A DNA stretch of 64,000 nucleotides from Basidiobolus meristosporus CBS 931.73 (GCA_002104905.1 MCFE01000078.1:62001-126000); one strand, 5' to 3'; shown: positions 47,706-59,066, counted from the stretch's first letter. Program-made: numbers and translations. Notes: generated by a model from the sequence alone, not told the origin.

Positions 47706-48871
47706 ATGCCTTTCGAGTTGTCGGACAATATAAAAAACATGATCGCTGGTGCTAGTGCTGGTTTTATAACTTCTATTGTAACCTGCCCTTTAGACGTAGT
47801 CAAAACGATCCTCCAGAACCAAGGAAAACATGAAGGAGGGAGCGTATATAGAGGGACTCTAGGTAAAGCTTGTCCAGGCCAGATACGGTGTTCAGCAAAT
47901 ATTCACCCGTGTAATAGGCACATTATCTCGTATTTGGGTGGAGGAGGGGGTGCGAGGTCTGTACCGAGGCCTGGGACCCACGATATACGGTTACCTTCCC
48001 ACTTGGTCGATCTACTTTAGTGTCTATAATAATCTGAAGGGTGTGTTGGGAAAGCGAGCGGGTAATGTCTAACATATTCTACCAAACAATCACTCCCACT
48101 GATTCTTGATGCAATAGGAGCAAGCGCTGATAATGCCATGGTCCATGTCGTATCAGCCATGGGCGCCGGTGCAACAAGCTCGATCATGACAAGTCCTCTC
48201 TGGGTGATCAAGACCCGCTTTATGGTAAATCATCACCCATCCGTAATTTCTATACCTTTGCTAATCAAATTGAGGAGTAGACTCAGTCAAAGAGCACCAG
48301 CTACCGATACAAGAACACACTAGACGCCTTCACAGTTATTCTCAGAGAAGAGGGGGTAAGAGGCTTTTACAAAGGACTCACCCCGAGTTTGTTGGGGGTT
48401 TTCCATGTTGCCGTCCAATTTCCACTCTACGAGCGCCTGAAGCGAATCCTGAGTAGGTATCTTACTCGAGCATCATCCACACTCAATGCCGCCAACAGTA
48501 AATCAATATCTTAGATTCCAGTGACAATCAGTCATTCGGGACAAATGCAATTCTGGTTGCCTCTTCATCGTCCAAGATGGTTGCCAGCGTAATTACCTAC
48601 CCGCACGAGGTAAGCCTCTTGCGCCCAACCAACTTGTCAATACTGAGCCTATTCTTATCATTAGGTAATTCGTACACGTCTCCAAAATCAAACCATGCGG
48701 CCATTCAAATATGGGAGTATAGCGCAAACGATCCAAATGATTTACAAGGAAGAAGGATGGACGGCATTCTACAAGGGGATGCCAACCAACTTAATTCGAA
48801 CAGTCCCAGCTAGCGCACTAACCATTTTTACATACGAGATGGTACTTATGAGTCTAAATTCTGCTACATGA
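47706..48871 (+). CDS. NDT1: Mitochondrial NAD+ transporter (Ndt1/Yia6-like, SLC25), multi-exon
   Basis: TCPLDVVKT, GYLPTWSIYFSVY, TSPLWVIKTRFMTQ, FYKGLTPSLLGVFHVAVQFPLYE and TYPHEVIRTRLQNQ. Confidence 0.85.
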
Positions 48872-48984
48872 GCACTTAGATTTGGTTATTAAAATCGATG
48901 GACATGAGTGTCTTTATTTCAATGAAGGAAGAGCCAGTCTTCTTTTAGATAGTAGTTATCAAGAGGGATTGATATGAGCACCAT

Positions 48985-50051
48985 TTAGAAGGACAAGGTG
49001 GACAGTGAGATAATGCTTAATACAAGGGTAGCAAAATTGAATGAATATATACTGGTTGAGTCTGAGGTATCCTTAGGCTTCTCCGGGCTGCTGGCGGTTG
49101 AGTTGTTGTCGGATTTCACGGTGGTGCCGTTGGCACTTTGGGTGCTTGCTGAATAATAACCAGGGGTCAGTTGCTCATCAGTAAGACCGGTAACACTTTT
49201 GACGAAGGCATTGAAGTTTGCTATGCGTGTGTATACACCGTATGTGTCGTTGCCGCCACATTTGAACAATTTCTCGCTATCTTTTTGAAGGCCAAAGCTC
49301 GTAACACCAAGTATCGAAAAATGCCCGTTTTCTTGATGGAATAGAGGACCACCCGAATCACCGAAGCAAGTATCACTTCCAGGAGTGTTAGCAACACAGA
49401 TTTTGGGTCCATTCATTCCTTCATATTGTGGAACAACAGTTGCGCACTTCGCCTCCGTTCCCACTGCCAAGTTTACTTCATACAGAGTGTCGGCAAAGTT
49501 CTGAGTTTCGGTGGCTCCCCAGCCAGCTGCAGTGACAATCTGTTTTTCCTGGATTGGCTGAGTGCTGATACCAATGGGGCGAATACTCTCGGATGTTTGG
49601 ACTGTGGTGCTCAGCTCAATGATAGCAAGATCGTTCTAGAGGGGAAACGGGTGAGTACAAGAACGAATTAGAGCGGTGCATTGCTTGAGCTTACCTTGTA
49701 CTCGAGATAATCGAAGTTGGGCTCAAGGCTATATTTCACAATGGAGTAGGGGGAGGTTGAGTTTGGCTTGTTAGTGCCAAGAACCACTTGAACCTCGGTT
49801 GGTGGGATATTGATCAATTGGTCACCAGTTTCGATGGAAGTGACGCTTTTGACTAAACAGTGGGCGGCAGTGATAACCCACTTATTTCCGATCAAAGCAC
49901 CGCCACATTCCGGCTTTTTCTCAATGATCAAGTGAGCCATGAATGGCAAACCATTTTCCTGAACAGGCTTTCCACCTACTATGTTGCTCAGGTTGTCTGC
50001 TGCGAGAGAGTAACTGACAAACGCCAACGGGCCAAATAAGCTTAATCTCAT
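48985..50051 (-). CDS. Trypsin-like (S1A) serine protease with a C-terminal GPI-type signal, complement(join(48985..49635,49695..50051)), 335 aa
   Basis: Signal peptide, IVGG, and the triad TAAHC / NDLAII / DTCFGDSGGPL. Asp at the S1-pocket position. S/T-rich linker and a hydrophobic tail FATLVLSIISLSTLSF. Confidence 0.93.
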
Positions 50052-50481
50052 TAAGAATTGAGGAGGATGGGGACAAGAAAGTGAATGAGTATCTCGATGG
50101 TGGAGAAGGTATTTTATTACAATCAGTAACGCGTTGTATCACGGTGGAATTCGCTTCCCCTTGGGCGAGAAAGCATTGAATGATCAGTTAGAATCCAGAT
50201 CCTTTTTGTGCCATGTCACCTATGCATTGTTGTACGGTGGCAAAGGCTAATGTTGTACAAATAGACTGGTATATCCGCTTGTGGGATTTACCCGCTCTCA
50301 CCCATCCCACTGTGTCCCCCATATATAGGATTCCTTCATATTGTTGATGAGTGTATTTAGTTACGCAAATCTTCTGACTGAAAACAAATCTTTGTTTTCG
50401 TAGACTCCACTCACAATGGATCATGTTTTTGTGATTTAGGGGTATCCATAGTCATATGACATCACCCCACCTAGATTTCTT

Positions 50482-51473
50482 ATGAACACCCATCGCTGGC
50501 TAGACACGGTTCACGTCATGACAGATAGTACTTCCCCCACAAACCCCATTGTGCCAAAGAAGAGCGAAGTCAGTAAAGAAGAATGGGCGAAATTTACCCT
50601 AAGAGATAAATTCTGGGGCACTACCAAGCAGGTGCACAAGAGGGCGCTGAAGTTCAGAGAGCTCAAAGCAGCCGTCGCGCTTGCGAACCATAAGATCTAC
50701 CGCACAGTGCTGAAAGATTTCTACTTGGTCTTCGCTACGTTTGAAGACATCTGGGAGCAAGAGAAGGCCCACTCAAAAATCCTGCAGGAGGCGTATATGC
50801 CAGAGCTTAAGCGCACCCGCGCCATGCAAAAGGATTTGGAGTTCTATTATGGTGAGGACTGGTTGAGATACGCGGTCCATACCCCAGTCACAAGGGATTA
50901 TACAGTATGTTAATTTGCTTGTATTGTTTGGCGTGATGAATACTGAGCTTTTGGTATCCTAGAATCATATCAAGTCCATAGCTAGGGAAAACCCAGAAAT
51001 CCTGATAGCTTACGGATATGCCTTGTAAGTTGTTTGTATGACTAGTGGAGTCACTTGATAGTGTCAATAACACAATGAACTGGGCGGTATTTAGCTATCT
51101 GGGTATCTTCGCCGGTGGGCAGATCATGCGATCCAGGATAACCCAATCTGCAGGCAAATTCTTCAAATTCGCCGGGAATCAGAGGACAGATCCCTTCTTT
51201 GATGGGTTGCAGGTGTTCCTATTTCGCGATACAGAGACGTTGGAGCCGCTTGCGATCTCTCAGCTGCGAAGAGACTTCATCGAGAAGCTGAACTCGTTGC
51301 AGGTTAATGACGAGCTGGAGGATAGGCTGTTGGCGGAGCTGTTGGAGATCCATCGTAGAAATGATCTGGTTATCGGGTCCATCAAAGGCACCGAATGGGT
51401 CATGCTTCAATGGATCGTTTACGGATTTTCCGTGATTTTCGTGTTGCTGTATATCAAACGTTTGATATTCTAA
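50482..51473 (+). CDS. HMX1: Heme oxygenase (Hmx1-like), join(50482..50904,50963..51024,51095..51473), C-terminal membrane anchor
   Basis: Proximal His in TKQVH, PELKRTRAMQKDLEFYYG, distal helix ILIAYGYAFYLGIFAGGQI and a hydrophobic C-terminus. The start could instead be the ATG at 50518. Confidence 0.88.
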
Positions 51474-52680
51474 GTCGTTGTCGCATGAGTGAATAAATTT
51501 CCGAGTGGCAATGCCTTGTAATATAACCTTGATGCTGGGTACTATACGGTCGAATGATATCTCACATCCGCCACTGCTCTTCCAACCATGACTACGGCGT
51601 GGGGGTCAAGGGAGCATAAAATAATCGGGGCTCGAAAATAACTGCAGTAGCCTTACGAGAGTGAGGGGTTTAGGCATCTTGCAAGTAGTACGCCCACAAC
51701 GCACGATACAGACAAGTAAATAGCCAAATTTGCACCCAATAGATATATTGAAAGTAAGGTGTACTAGCACATTTCCTATTCAGGACCGACTGTTTAACGA
51801 ACTCTTTTTCCATCCGATTTCGATATGTGTATTACGTATCTTGTCTGGAATCTCGACATACCAATTCTCCTTACATTCAACCGTAATCCAAATCCCGCTT
51901 GTTCACACCAATGTCTTTAATTAGGTTCCAGAGACGAGCATGCTGTCGAGTTTGTCCTTAAGTATCACTTTGAATGGTAGTAAAGCCCTATTAGCTGAGG
52001 CTGCTCAGTAGCGGGACATCAGTCCAAGTAGAACCAGAAATCATATTCGTGATGAATCTCTGGCCTGGAGTGTCAATATTGGTGGAGCGCCTTCTAATTC
52101 CGCGCTGTGCGGAATGGTAACACTACGCTCACGCTTGTACTTTCGGCGATCCATGTAGAACGTGAAGGCAAAAGAGGATATCTCGAGGTGCTCAGCAAAT
52201 TCGAAGCACAATAGAAAAATGCTACTTGAGAATGGAAGCAGAAAAAGGTTTCTGTTGAACGTTTATTGAGGAAACTGGCGAATCCATATTTCTCCTGATA
52301 TTTAAATTATTCCCTAGACCTAGGCTAGAGCCGGGAATGGGTCCCCGAGTACCCTACCAGTAAGATGTGGCTCATCAAGTCTAAAATCACCCAAGCAATC
52401 CTGGTTTGTGAGCTTGGATGATATATTTGGTTGAAAATTCGAAGCCTAGACTGCCCTTTTGGATCTGTTAACAGCCACCGAGAATGTGATCGCGAGACTT
52501 GCATATAACCTAGTTCACACGGGTTGTTGCCTCCGATTTAGTCTGCACTCCACCCATTTCCCCAATTCGTAACAATTTCGAAGCGGCACCGAGTTCAGAC
52601 AACTCAATCTTTTATTCACTAAATACAAACATATTCTAAACTAATGAATAATAAATATCGGGAACTACATGGCTTAGACC

Positions 52681-52989
52681 TTAAATTAAGCCAGACAATA
52701 CAGAGATTATAAGAACAACTGCGAAGTCTGGGACAAGGCTGACCGCAGAGTTAGAGACTGATGTTGAGGAAGGAGTTGGAGTCCGATTAACGGATACCTT
52801 GGTATAAGTTTGAGAGGGAATTCCTCTGGGTGTAGAGCTAGTGGATATCGGAGGAGTTGCGTTGTGTTCATTGGTCGGACTTAGGGGGGCAACAGGGGTT
52901 GATGTTGTTGTCACCGAGGCAACACCACTTTCTTGAGCTGATACAAGTGCGGCAAAGGTGGCCAAGATTAGGACGTTGAGGAGTTGCAT
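52681..52989 (-). CDS. Small secreted S/T/P-rich protein with a likely GPI signal, 102 aa
   Basis: Signal peptide MQLLNVLILATFAALVSA and C-terminus SNSA...FAVVLIISVLSGLI. TATATAAA lies upstream on the minus strand. Confidence 0.85.
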   Translation of the reverse strand: MQLLNVLILATFAALVSAQESGVASVTTTSTPVAPLSPTNEHNATPPISTSSTPRGIPSQTYTKVSVNRTPTPSSTSVSNSAVSLVPDFAVVLIISVLSGLI

Positions 52990-53454
52990 TATATTTGTAG
53001 GGGTATAAAGCAGTAGGAATACTTCAGGAAGACCGGCAATGGTTGTTTATATAGCGTGTTGTAGTCGGAAGTTACCAAATGGCGAATTTCTAGAACAGGA
53101 ATAAAATTCCGCGTATGATGTCTAAATTAGAGAAATTAAACAGTGTATGATATTCACGAGTAACCGGGTATTTCTGTCGTATGCAGCAAACCTCGGGCAT
53201 ATATTATCCAACTTGTGATCATTGGCAATTCAGCAACAGACTTCCTCTCATAAGCAATTGCTAGGTCACACAAGAGTTGGTAATTGACATCATAGCTACT
53301 ATCAGCAGCCTGCTCTTCTTTTTACCAACATTCCCCAATGTATGCTAAAATCGAATAATTCGGTTCCTTTATTGAACCAAAAGGTAAGATGTATACAATT
53401 TTCCTATACCAGAATCTCTAACGATTCTCAACTTCAGGCGCTTGTATTGAACAG

Positions 53455-53919
53455 TTATGCAAGGCAGAGCACGTAGTAGATGTTTGATGACTTGGCTTTA
53501 CCACCATATCCAAAGGCCATACCTTCTGCTAGGTGGGCTCCAGATTTGCCGACCTGCTCACCACCCTCGTAACGGGTCTTGGTGATGTAGAGTTCGTTCC
53601 CATCGGCCTCCTTTCCTGCTTGCAAAGGAGTGTAGTTCTCGGCGGTGGCTGCTCCGCTGCACTCGACCCAACGAAGTTGCTTGGCATCTCCGCAGAGGAC
53701 ATAATAGTCATGGATAATCACCTCTTTTTTACCATATGCAATGGATAGACCCTTGATATGTTCAGCAACCTTTCCGACTTGCTCACCACCCTCGTAGCGT
53801 TGACGACCAATGTACAAAGGTTGACCATCGGCTTCGACTCCTCCCTGGACAGCATTAGGTGGGATTTCACCATCCTTGGCATAGACCCATTGAACAGATT
53901 GAGATTGAGCAGATGGCAT
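53455..53919 (-). CDS. DM9-repeat (DUF3421) lectin-like protein, copy 1, 154 aa, no signal peptide
   Basis: Two DM9-type repeats: WV...GEIPPNAVQGG.EADG.PLYIGR...VGKV....L.I.YG.KE...YYVLC. Confidence 0.88.
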   Translation of the reverse strand: MPSAQSQSVQWVYAKDGEIPPNAVQGGVEADGQPLYIGRQRYEGGEQVGKVAEHIKGLSIAYGKKEVIIHDYYVLCGDAKQLRWVECSGAATAENYTPLQAGKEADGNELYITKTRYEGGEQVGKSGAHLAEGMAFGYGGKAKSSNIYYVLCLA

Positions 53920-54574
53920 GATTGTTGATAATTTTCGAAGTTGATGCTTCTATCAGCAGCGAAAGTGGCTACTTTATACTGTTTGCTCTGGTGTCGTCAT
54001 CATTAAATTTTTAAATACGTCAACCTCCTTCTCGCATCATGATGAAGTCGTTCATTCTGTGGATGAGCTTAGTTTGGATGGCTAAACTATGTTTAGATGC
54101 TTGATATTCTATTCCAGCATAAACGTATCACAACTCTATTTGTTTGACGCTTCAAATATTCCGCATCGAGATTATTACACGTTCCTATTTGATTAACTTA
54201 CACCTTCCTTACATAGCAATTGTAGTATGAGTGCCGAATCGATTCATATTGACCTTGTCGATACATATATAGAATGCTTCAGATTGCTACTGCAGCTAGA
54301 GGTAGAGTGCACTGTTCTCCAGGTTTGCCTATCCCCGCTATCTGGTGGTGTGACTCAATTCAAGCACTCTTGCTGGGCCTGTACGGCAGTATGGAGATAT
54401 TCGGAGATTCTGATTAGTGTAATGCATTGCATTGCATCGCATCTCACTGCCTTTGGCCTCTCTTCCCACTTGCATCCACACTCACGCCCACATCGACCAT
54501 ATCTTTGTCATTCCACCACACCATGTACCTGTCACTCATTCCATACATCGTGCACTGTGTTGTGCGCACATCCG

Positions 54575-54613
54575 ACCACCACCACCACTGCTGCTGCTGC
54601 TGCCGCCGCCGCC
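54575..54613. repeat. Compound trinucleotide microsatellite (CAC)n(CTG)n(CCG)n
   Basis: Seen directly. The counterpart near 58095-58136 is one unit longer. Confidence 0.9.
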
Positions 54614-54755
54614 TTCAACATGGTTATCATAAAAAGGGCAAGCCCGCGCCACATTCCATCCCACACACACCTCCTGTTGTCATCAGTTGATTAGTGAAGA
54701 GTTGACTCTCAAGAGCGAACACCCCGCATCCTGATTAAGCTGGACCTATTGAGCA

Positions 54756-55226
54756 ATGCACACACCGTACTACTTTACTGCTGCCATCACTTTCGCATCC
54801 CACAGACTCACGATGGTCTCGGGTATGGCAGAGCCCAACACCCCGATGATTGAGCCGATGGTTGTTCCCGGCATAAAGTTGCAATCCATTCTCAGCTCAC
54901 CACTCGCGTCACCGCTTCCTCACTTTTTCACCTCCATATCTGACAGCCTAGCCACGGTTGTCCTTGGAATGCTTATGCTCTCGATCATTGTCACTACCCT
55001 GCTCCTACTCTATCACGCACTTTTGGGGATCTCCCAGTCGGCGCGACACTTTGTATTAGGCAAGCAGGATGAATATGTACTCATTGAGAGTTTGGAGCAC
55101 AAGAAAGAGCTGAATGGTGAGGGGGCGATGATGGACGCGGGAATGGGGATAACAGGGGACGGGTTTGAAGAAGTCCAGCTTTACGGCTTTGACTCGGACC
55201 TGCCACCAGCATACGACCAGGTATAG
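54756..55226 (+). CDS. Single-pass membrane protein with C-terminal PPAY (PY) motif, copy 1, up to 156 aa
   Basis: TM LATVVLGMLMLSIIVTTLLLLY, acidic tail and ...SDLPPAYDQV*. Several possible start ATGs. Confidence 0.7.
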   Translation: MHTPYYFTAAITFASHRLTMVSGMAEPNTPMIEPMVVPGIKLQSILSSPLASPLPHFFTSISDSLATVVLGMLMLSIIVTTLLLLYHALLGISQSARHFVLGKQDEYVLIESLEHKKELNGEGAMMDAGMGITGDGFEEVQLYGFDSDLPPAYDQV

Positions 55227-56059
55227 ACAGCCTTTAGATCGAGGAGTGCCCAAACCTACCGTAAATACCCTCCGCAATTACCCTACCATTACATTAATTT
55301 GACATGCCATTGAACCAACCACAATAAAACGATTTGTGTCGAGTACATTTGAAGCTTGATGTGATAAAGAATGAGGATATACTCCAATTCCGTAGAGGTA
55401 ACAGTTATCGCATGACACTGCGTTACCAGATGAGCAGAACTGGAAGGCCCAAGTTGGGATTCTCTTGACAACGGGAACGCGGAATCAGAAACGGGATTTT
55501 CTAAAGCCGAACTTAATGTTGTCTTGGATTTTAGTTCACGAAGAAACAACCATGGACAGGCCAGTGAATTTATAGGGATCCCTATAATTAGTGAACCTCA
55601 TGGGATTTCGCGGATCAGCAGAATTTATGTATCAATCAGAAAATTTGCAGTACATGCCCAAATTATGATGGTGGCTGGAATGAATTATGCGGTAAGAGTT
55701 ATAGCTAAGGGATCCTCAAATAAATATGATCTCGTATATATTTTACGGAAGCAACACCAAAATCTTGACAATCCTTTATATTTTATCATTATTACTATAC
55801 AGCTATGATGCTGAAAATAAAAACACTCTTTGGTATGGGATTGCACGGGGAAGATTTGATGTTGAATGGAAAGTGTAGAAATGACCGTGGCTTGCTACAT
55901 TAAGGCAACAATATTATGGTTGAAGTATGTTTAATTGCAATACAATAGTAAATGCTTCGGCACAGAGAACATCGCTAATTCATACTATAAATAAAATTTC
56001 AAGAATTACAAAGCTCTTTGATATTGTTGTAATTGAAGAGGCTGCTTGTCATTGAGTGT

Positions 56060-56368
56060 GTACGACGCGATTTGATGACGTTTCTCTACCACTAAATCCC
56101 AAGGCCATACTTCTGCGTAATGATCTCTAGATTTTCTTACTTACCTACCGCTCTCGTAACGGGTCATGGTGATGCACAGCTCGATTCTATCAGCCTCTTT
56201 ACCAGCTTGCACAGGAGTGTAGTTCTCGGCGGTGGCTACATCACTGAACTCAACCCAACGAAGTTGTTTGGCCTCTCCGCAAAGATATAGCTGCTAGAAA
56301 TAGTAGCCTTCCAAACATTAAATACGATGGAGAGGCGCTTGCTGTGTTCGGATGCCTTCCCAATCTGA
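56060..56368 (-). pseudogene. Degenerate DM9-repeat gene
   Basis: Aligns to the DM9 CDS (QIGKASEH..., LRWVE..ATAENYTPVQAGKEAD). It has a 1-nt deletion near 56285 and an in-frame TAA at 56141-56143, and the 5' part is missing. Its 3' flank (~55920-56020) resembles that of copy 2 (~56570-56670). Confidence 0.85.
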
Positions 56369-56703
56369 TCAGTTTAGTGTGAATTTAGCTTTAGCCCACA
56401 TGAAAACTATCTTACTGATGTCTCAAATATCCGTATTGCTACTACACAAAAACATGGCTTCAAGTGTTCAACTACCGTAACGATCTCAAGTATGGACAAT
56501 TTGATGTAGATTAGGAAGGCTCAAGAATAATGGTGACTTGTGACATCAAGGCAGCAATGTGTTACTTTAAGCTTGTTTAATTACATTATAACAGTGAATA
56601 CTTCGGGACAGAGAACAACGCTAATTTGTATTACAGCCATGAATCCAAAGATTACAAGTATCTTTGACTGACCTATGACTCAAGCGCCTATTGGTCGTTG
56701 AGC

Positions 56704-57168
56704 TTATGCAACGCAAAGCACGTAGTAGATGTTTGATGACTTGGCTTTACCACCATATCCAAAGGCCATACCTTCTGCTAGGTGGGCTCCAGATTTGCCG
56801 ACCTGCTCACCACCCTCGTAACGGGTCTTGGTGATGTAGAGTTCGTTCCCATCGGCCTCCTTTCCTGCTTGCAAAGGAGTGTAGTTCTCGGCGGTGGCTG
56901 CTCCGCTGCACTCGACCCAACGAAGTTGCTTGGCATCTCCGCAGAGGACATAATAGTCATGGATAATCACCTCCTTGTTACCGTATGCGATAGAGAGGCC
57001 CTTGATATGTTCAGCAACCTTTCCGACTTGCTCACCACCCTCGTAGCGTTGACGCCCGATGTATAGAGGTTGACCGTCGGCTTCGACTCCTCCCTGGACA
57101 GCATTAGGTGGGATTTCACCATCCTTGGCATAGACCCATTGAACAGATTGAGATTGAGCAGACGGCAT
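56704..57168 (-). CDS. DM9-repeat (DUF3421) lectin-like protein, copy 2, 154 aa
   Basis: Differs from copy 1 at two residues (K66N, L153V). Confidence 0.88.
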   Translation of the reverse strand: MPSAQSQSVQWVYAKDGEIPPNAVQGGVEADGQPLYIGRQRYEGGEQVGKVAEHIKGLSIAYGNKEVIIHDYYVLCGDAKQLRWVECSGAATAENYTPLQAGKEADGNELYITKTRYEGGEQVGKSGAHLAEGMAFGYGGKAKSSNIYYVLCVA

Positions 57169-57827
57169 GATTGTGGACGATTTAGAGTTTAGTACAAATC
57201 CAGCTAGTTGTCAGACTATTCACCACGAGCCGCCATTTATATGGACATCTTCCCGAGATCTTCGTCTTCGTCATCATATGGTGTATGAAATGCAGAGTTC
57301 TGTGAGCTGACACGGATGCCAACTCAATTGGTTAATTATATTCGATAACGGTGGCTGAGCTCCTTATTTTGTATTCTTAAAGCCTTGATACTTCACTAAC
57401 CTCACCACGAACAATAGTGGGTGACGTCAACCCCTCATTAAGTCATCACTGCTAAAATGCCATCGGACCTGATTGAAACAATCACATATGTCACCTGTGC
57501 TAACCGTGCAAACCACTTGAGGTAACAAATAATTGAAAAGCAACATAAGATCTTAGTTTAATCAGATAACATAGCCGTATTTCTTACTCAGTTCAAGGTT
57601 TCTCGCATAGTCGTACCGCGGACAGTCAGCCAGTTGGAATTAGTATGGCTGTAGAGCACTAATATGCGACATTTTACTTACATCAAGAAGGCAACTAAGG
57701 TCAGGGCTCGGGCCTCAGTATATATATAAAATCATACAATTAGAACGCTACTTAAAATTGCCATACTCCAGTTTAGTCCTACATGGTAAGGTAATGCGGA
57801 CCCAGATTTCCGCCGCTGGAGGTGGAA

Positions 57828-59066
57828 TGCACTGTTCTCCAGGTTTGCCTATCCCCGCTATCTGGTGGTGTGACTCAATTCAAGCACTCTTGCTGGGCCT
57901 GTACGGCAGTATGGAGATATTCAGAGATTCTGATTAGTGTAATGCATTGCATTGCATCGCATCTCACTGCCTTTGGCCTCTCTTCCCACTTGCATCCACA
58001 CTCACGCCCACATCGACCACATCTTTGTCATTCCACCACACCATGTACCTGTCACTCATTCCATACATTGTGCACTGTGTTGTGCGCACATCCGACCACC
58101 ACCACCACTGCTGCTGCTGCCGCCGCCGCCGCCGCCTTCAACATGGTTATCATAAAAAGGGCAAGCTCGCGCCACATTCCATCCCACACACACCTCCTGT
58201 TGTCATCAGTTGATTAGTGAAGAGTCGTCTCTCAAGAGCGAACACCCCGCATCCTGATTAAGCTGGACCTATTGAGCAATGCACACACCGTACTACTTTA
58301 CTGCTGCCATCACTTTCGCATCCCACAGACTCACGATGGTCTCGGGTATGGCAGAGCCCAACACCCCGATGATTGAGCCGATGGTTGTTCCCGGCATAAA
58401 GTTGCAATCCATTCTCAGCTCACCACTCGCGTCACCGCTTCCTCACTTTTTCACCTCCATATCTGACAGCCTGGCCACGGTTGTCCTTGGAATGCTTATG
58501 CTCTCGATCATTGTCACTACCCTGCTCCTACTCTATCACGCACTTTTGGGGATCTCCCAGTCGGCGCGACACTTTGTATTAGGCAAGCAGGATGAATATG
58601 TACTCATTGAGAGTCTGGAGCACAAGAAAGAGCTGAATGGTGAGGGGGCGATGATGGACGCGGGAATGGGGATAACAGGGGACGGGTTTGAAGAAGTCCA
58701 GCTTTACGGCTTTGACTCGGACCTGCCGCCAGCATACGACCAGGTATAGACAGCCTTTAGATCGAGGAATGCCCAAACCTACCGTAAACACCCTCCGCAA
58801 TTACCCTACCATTACATTAATTTGACATGCCATTGAACCAACCACAATAAAACGATTTGTGTCGAGTACATTTGAAGCTTGATGTGATAAAGAATGAGGA
58901 TATACTCCAATTCCGTAGAGGTAACAGTCATCGCATGACACTGCGTTACCAGATGAGCAGAACTGGAAGGCCCAAGTTGGGATTCTCTTGACAACGGGAA
59001 CGCGGAATCAGAAACGGGATTTTCTAAAGCCGAACTTAATGTTGTCTTGGATTTTAGTTCACGAAG
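57828..59066. repeat. Segmental duplication, copy B (partner 54308..55543)
   Basis: Direct comparison. Homology stops at ...ttcacgaag. Confidence 0.95.
58279..58749 (+). CDS. Single-pass PPAY-motif membrane protein, copy 2
   Basis: Protein identical to copy 1. The few nucleotide differences are synonymous. Confidence 0.7.
   Translation: MHTPYYFTAAITFASHRLTMVSGMAEPNTPMIEPMVVPGIKLQSILSSPLASPLPHFFTSISDSLATVVLGMLMLSIIVTTLLLLYHALLGISQSARHFVLGKQDEYVLIESLEHKKELNGEGAMMDAGMGITGDGFEEVQLYGFDSDLPPAYDQV

Larger units (their letters stand above)
54308..55543. repeat. Segmental duplication, copy A (partner 57828..59066, same orientation)
   Basis: 1236 vs 1239 bp, nearly identical by eye. The 3-nt difference lies in the CTG/CCG tract. 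Confidence 0.95.

Noticed and set aside
51095-51125. Heme oxygenase distal helix lacks the Asp of mammalian YLGDLSGG
   Set aside because: Fungal Hmx1-type enzymes have a hydrophobic YL.LFAGG-type helix, so this is not unusual.
54227-54694. Overlapping His/Cys/Ala/Pro-run ORFs here and at 57822-58217
   Set aside because: All three frames stay open across a microsatellite. No protein-like signal; more likely promoter or 5' region.
54630-54760. AAAAAGGGC, resembling the U11 snRNA 5' end
   Set aside because: No Sm site or U11 stem pattern downstream.
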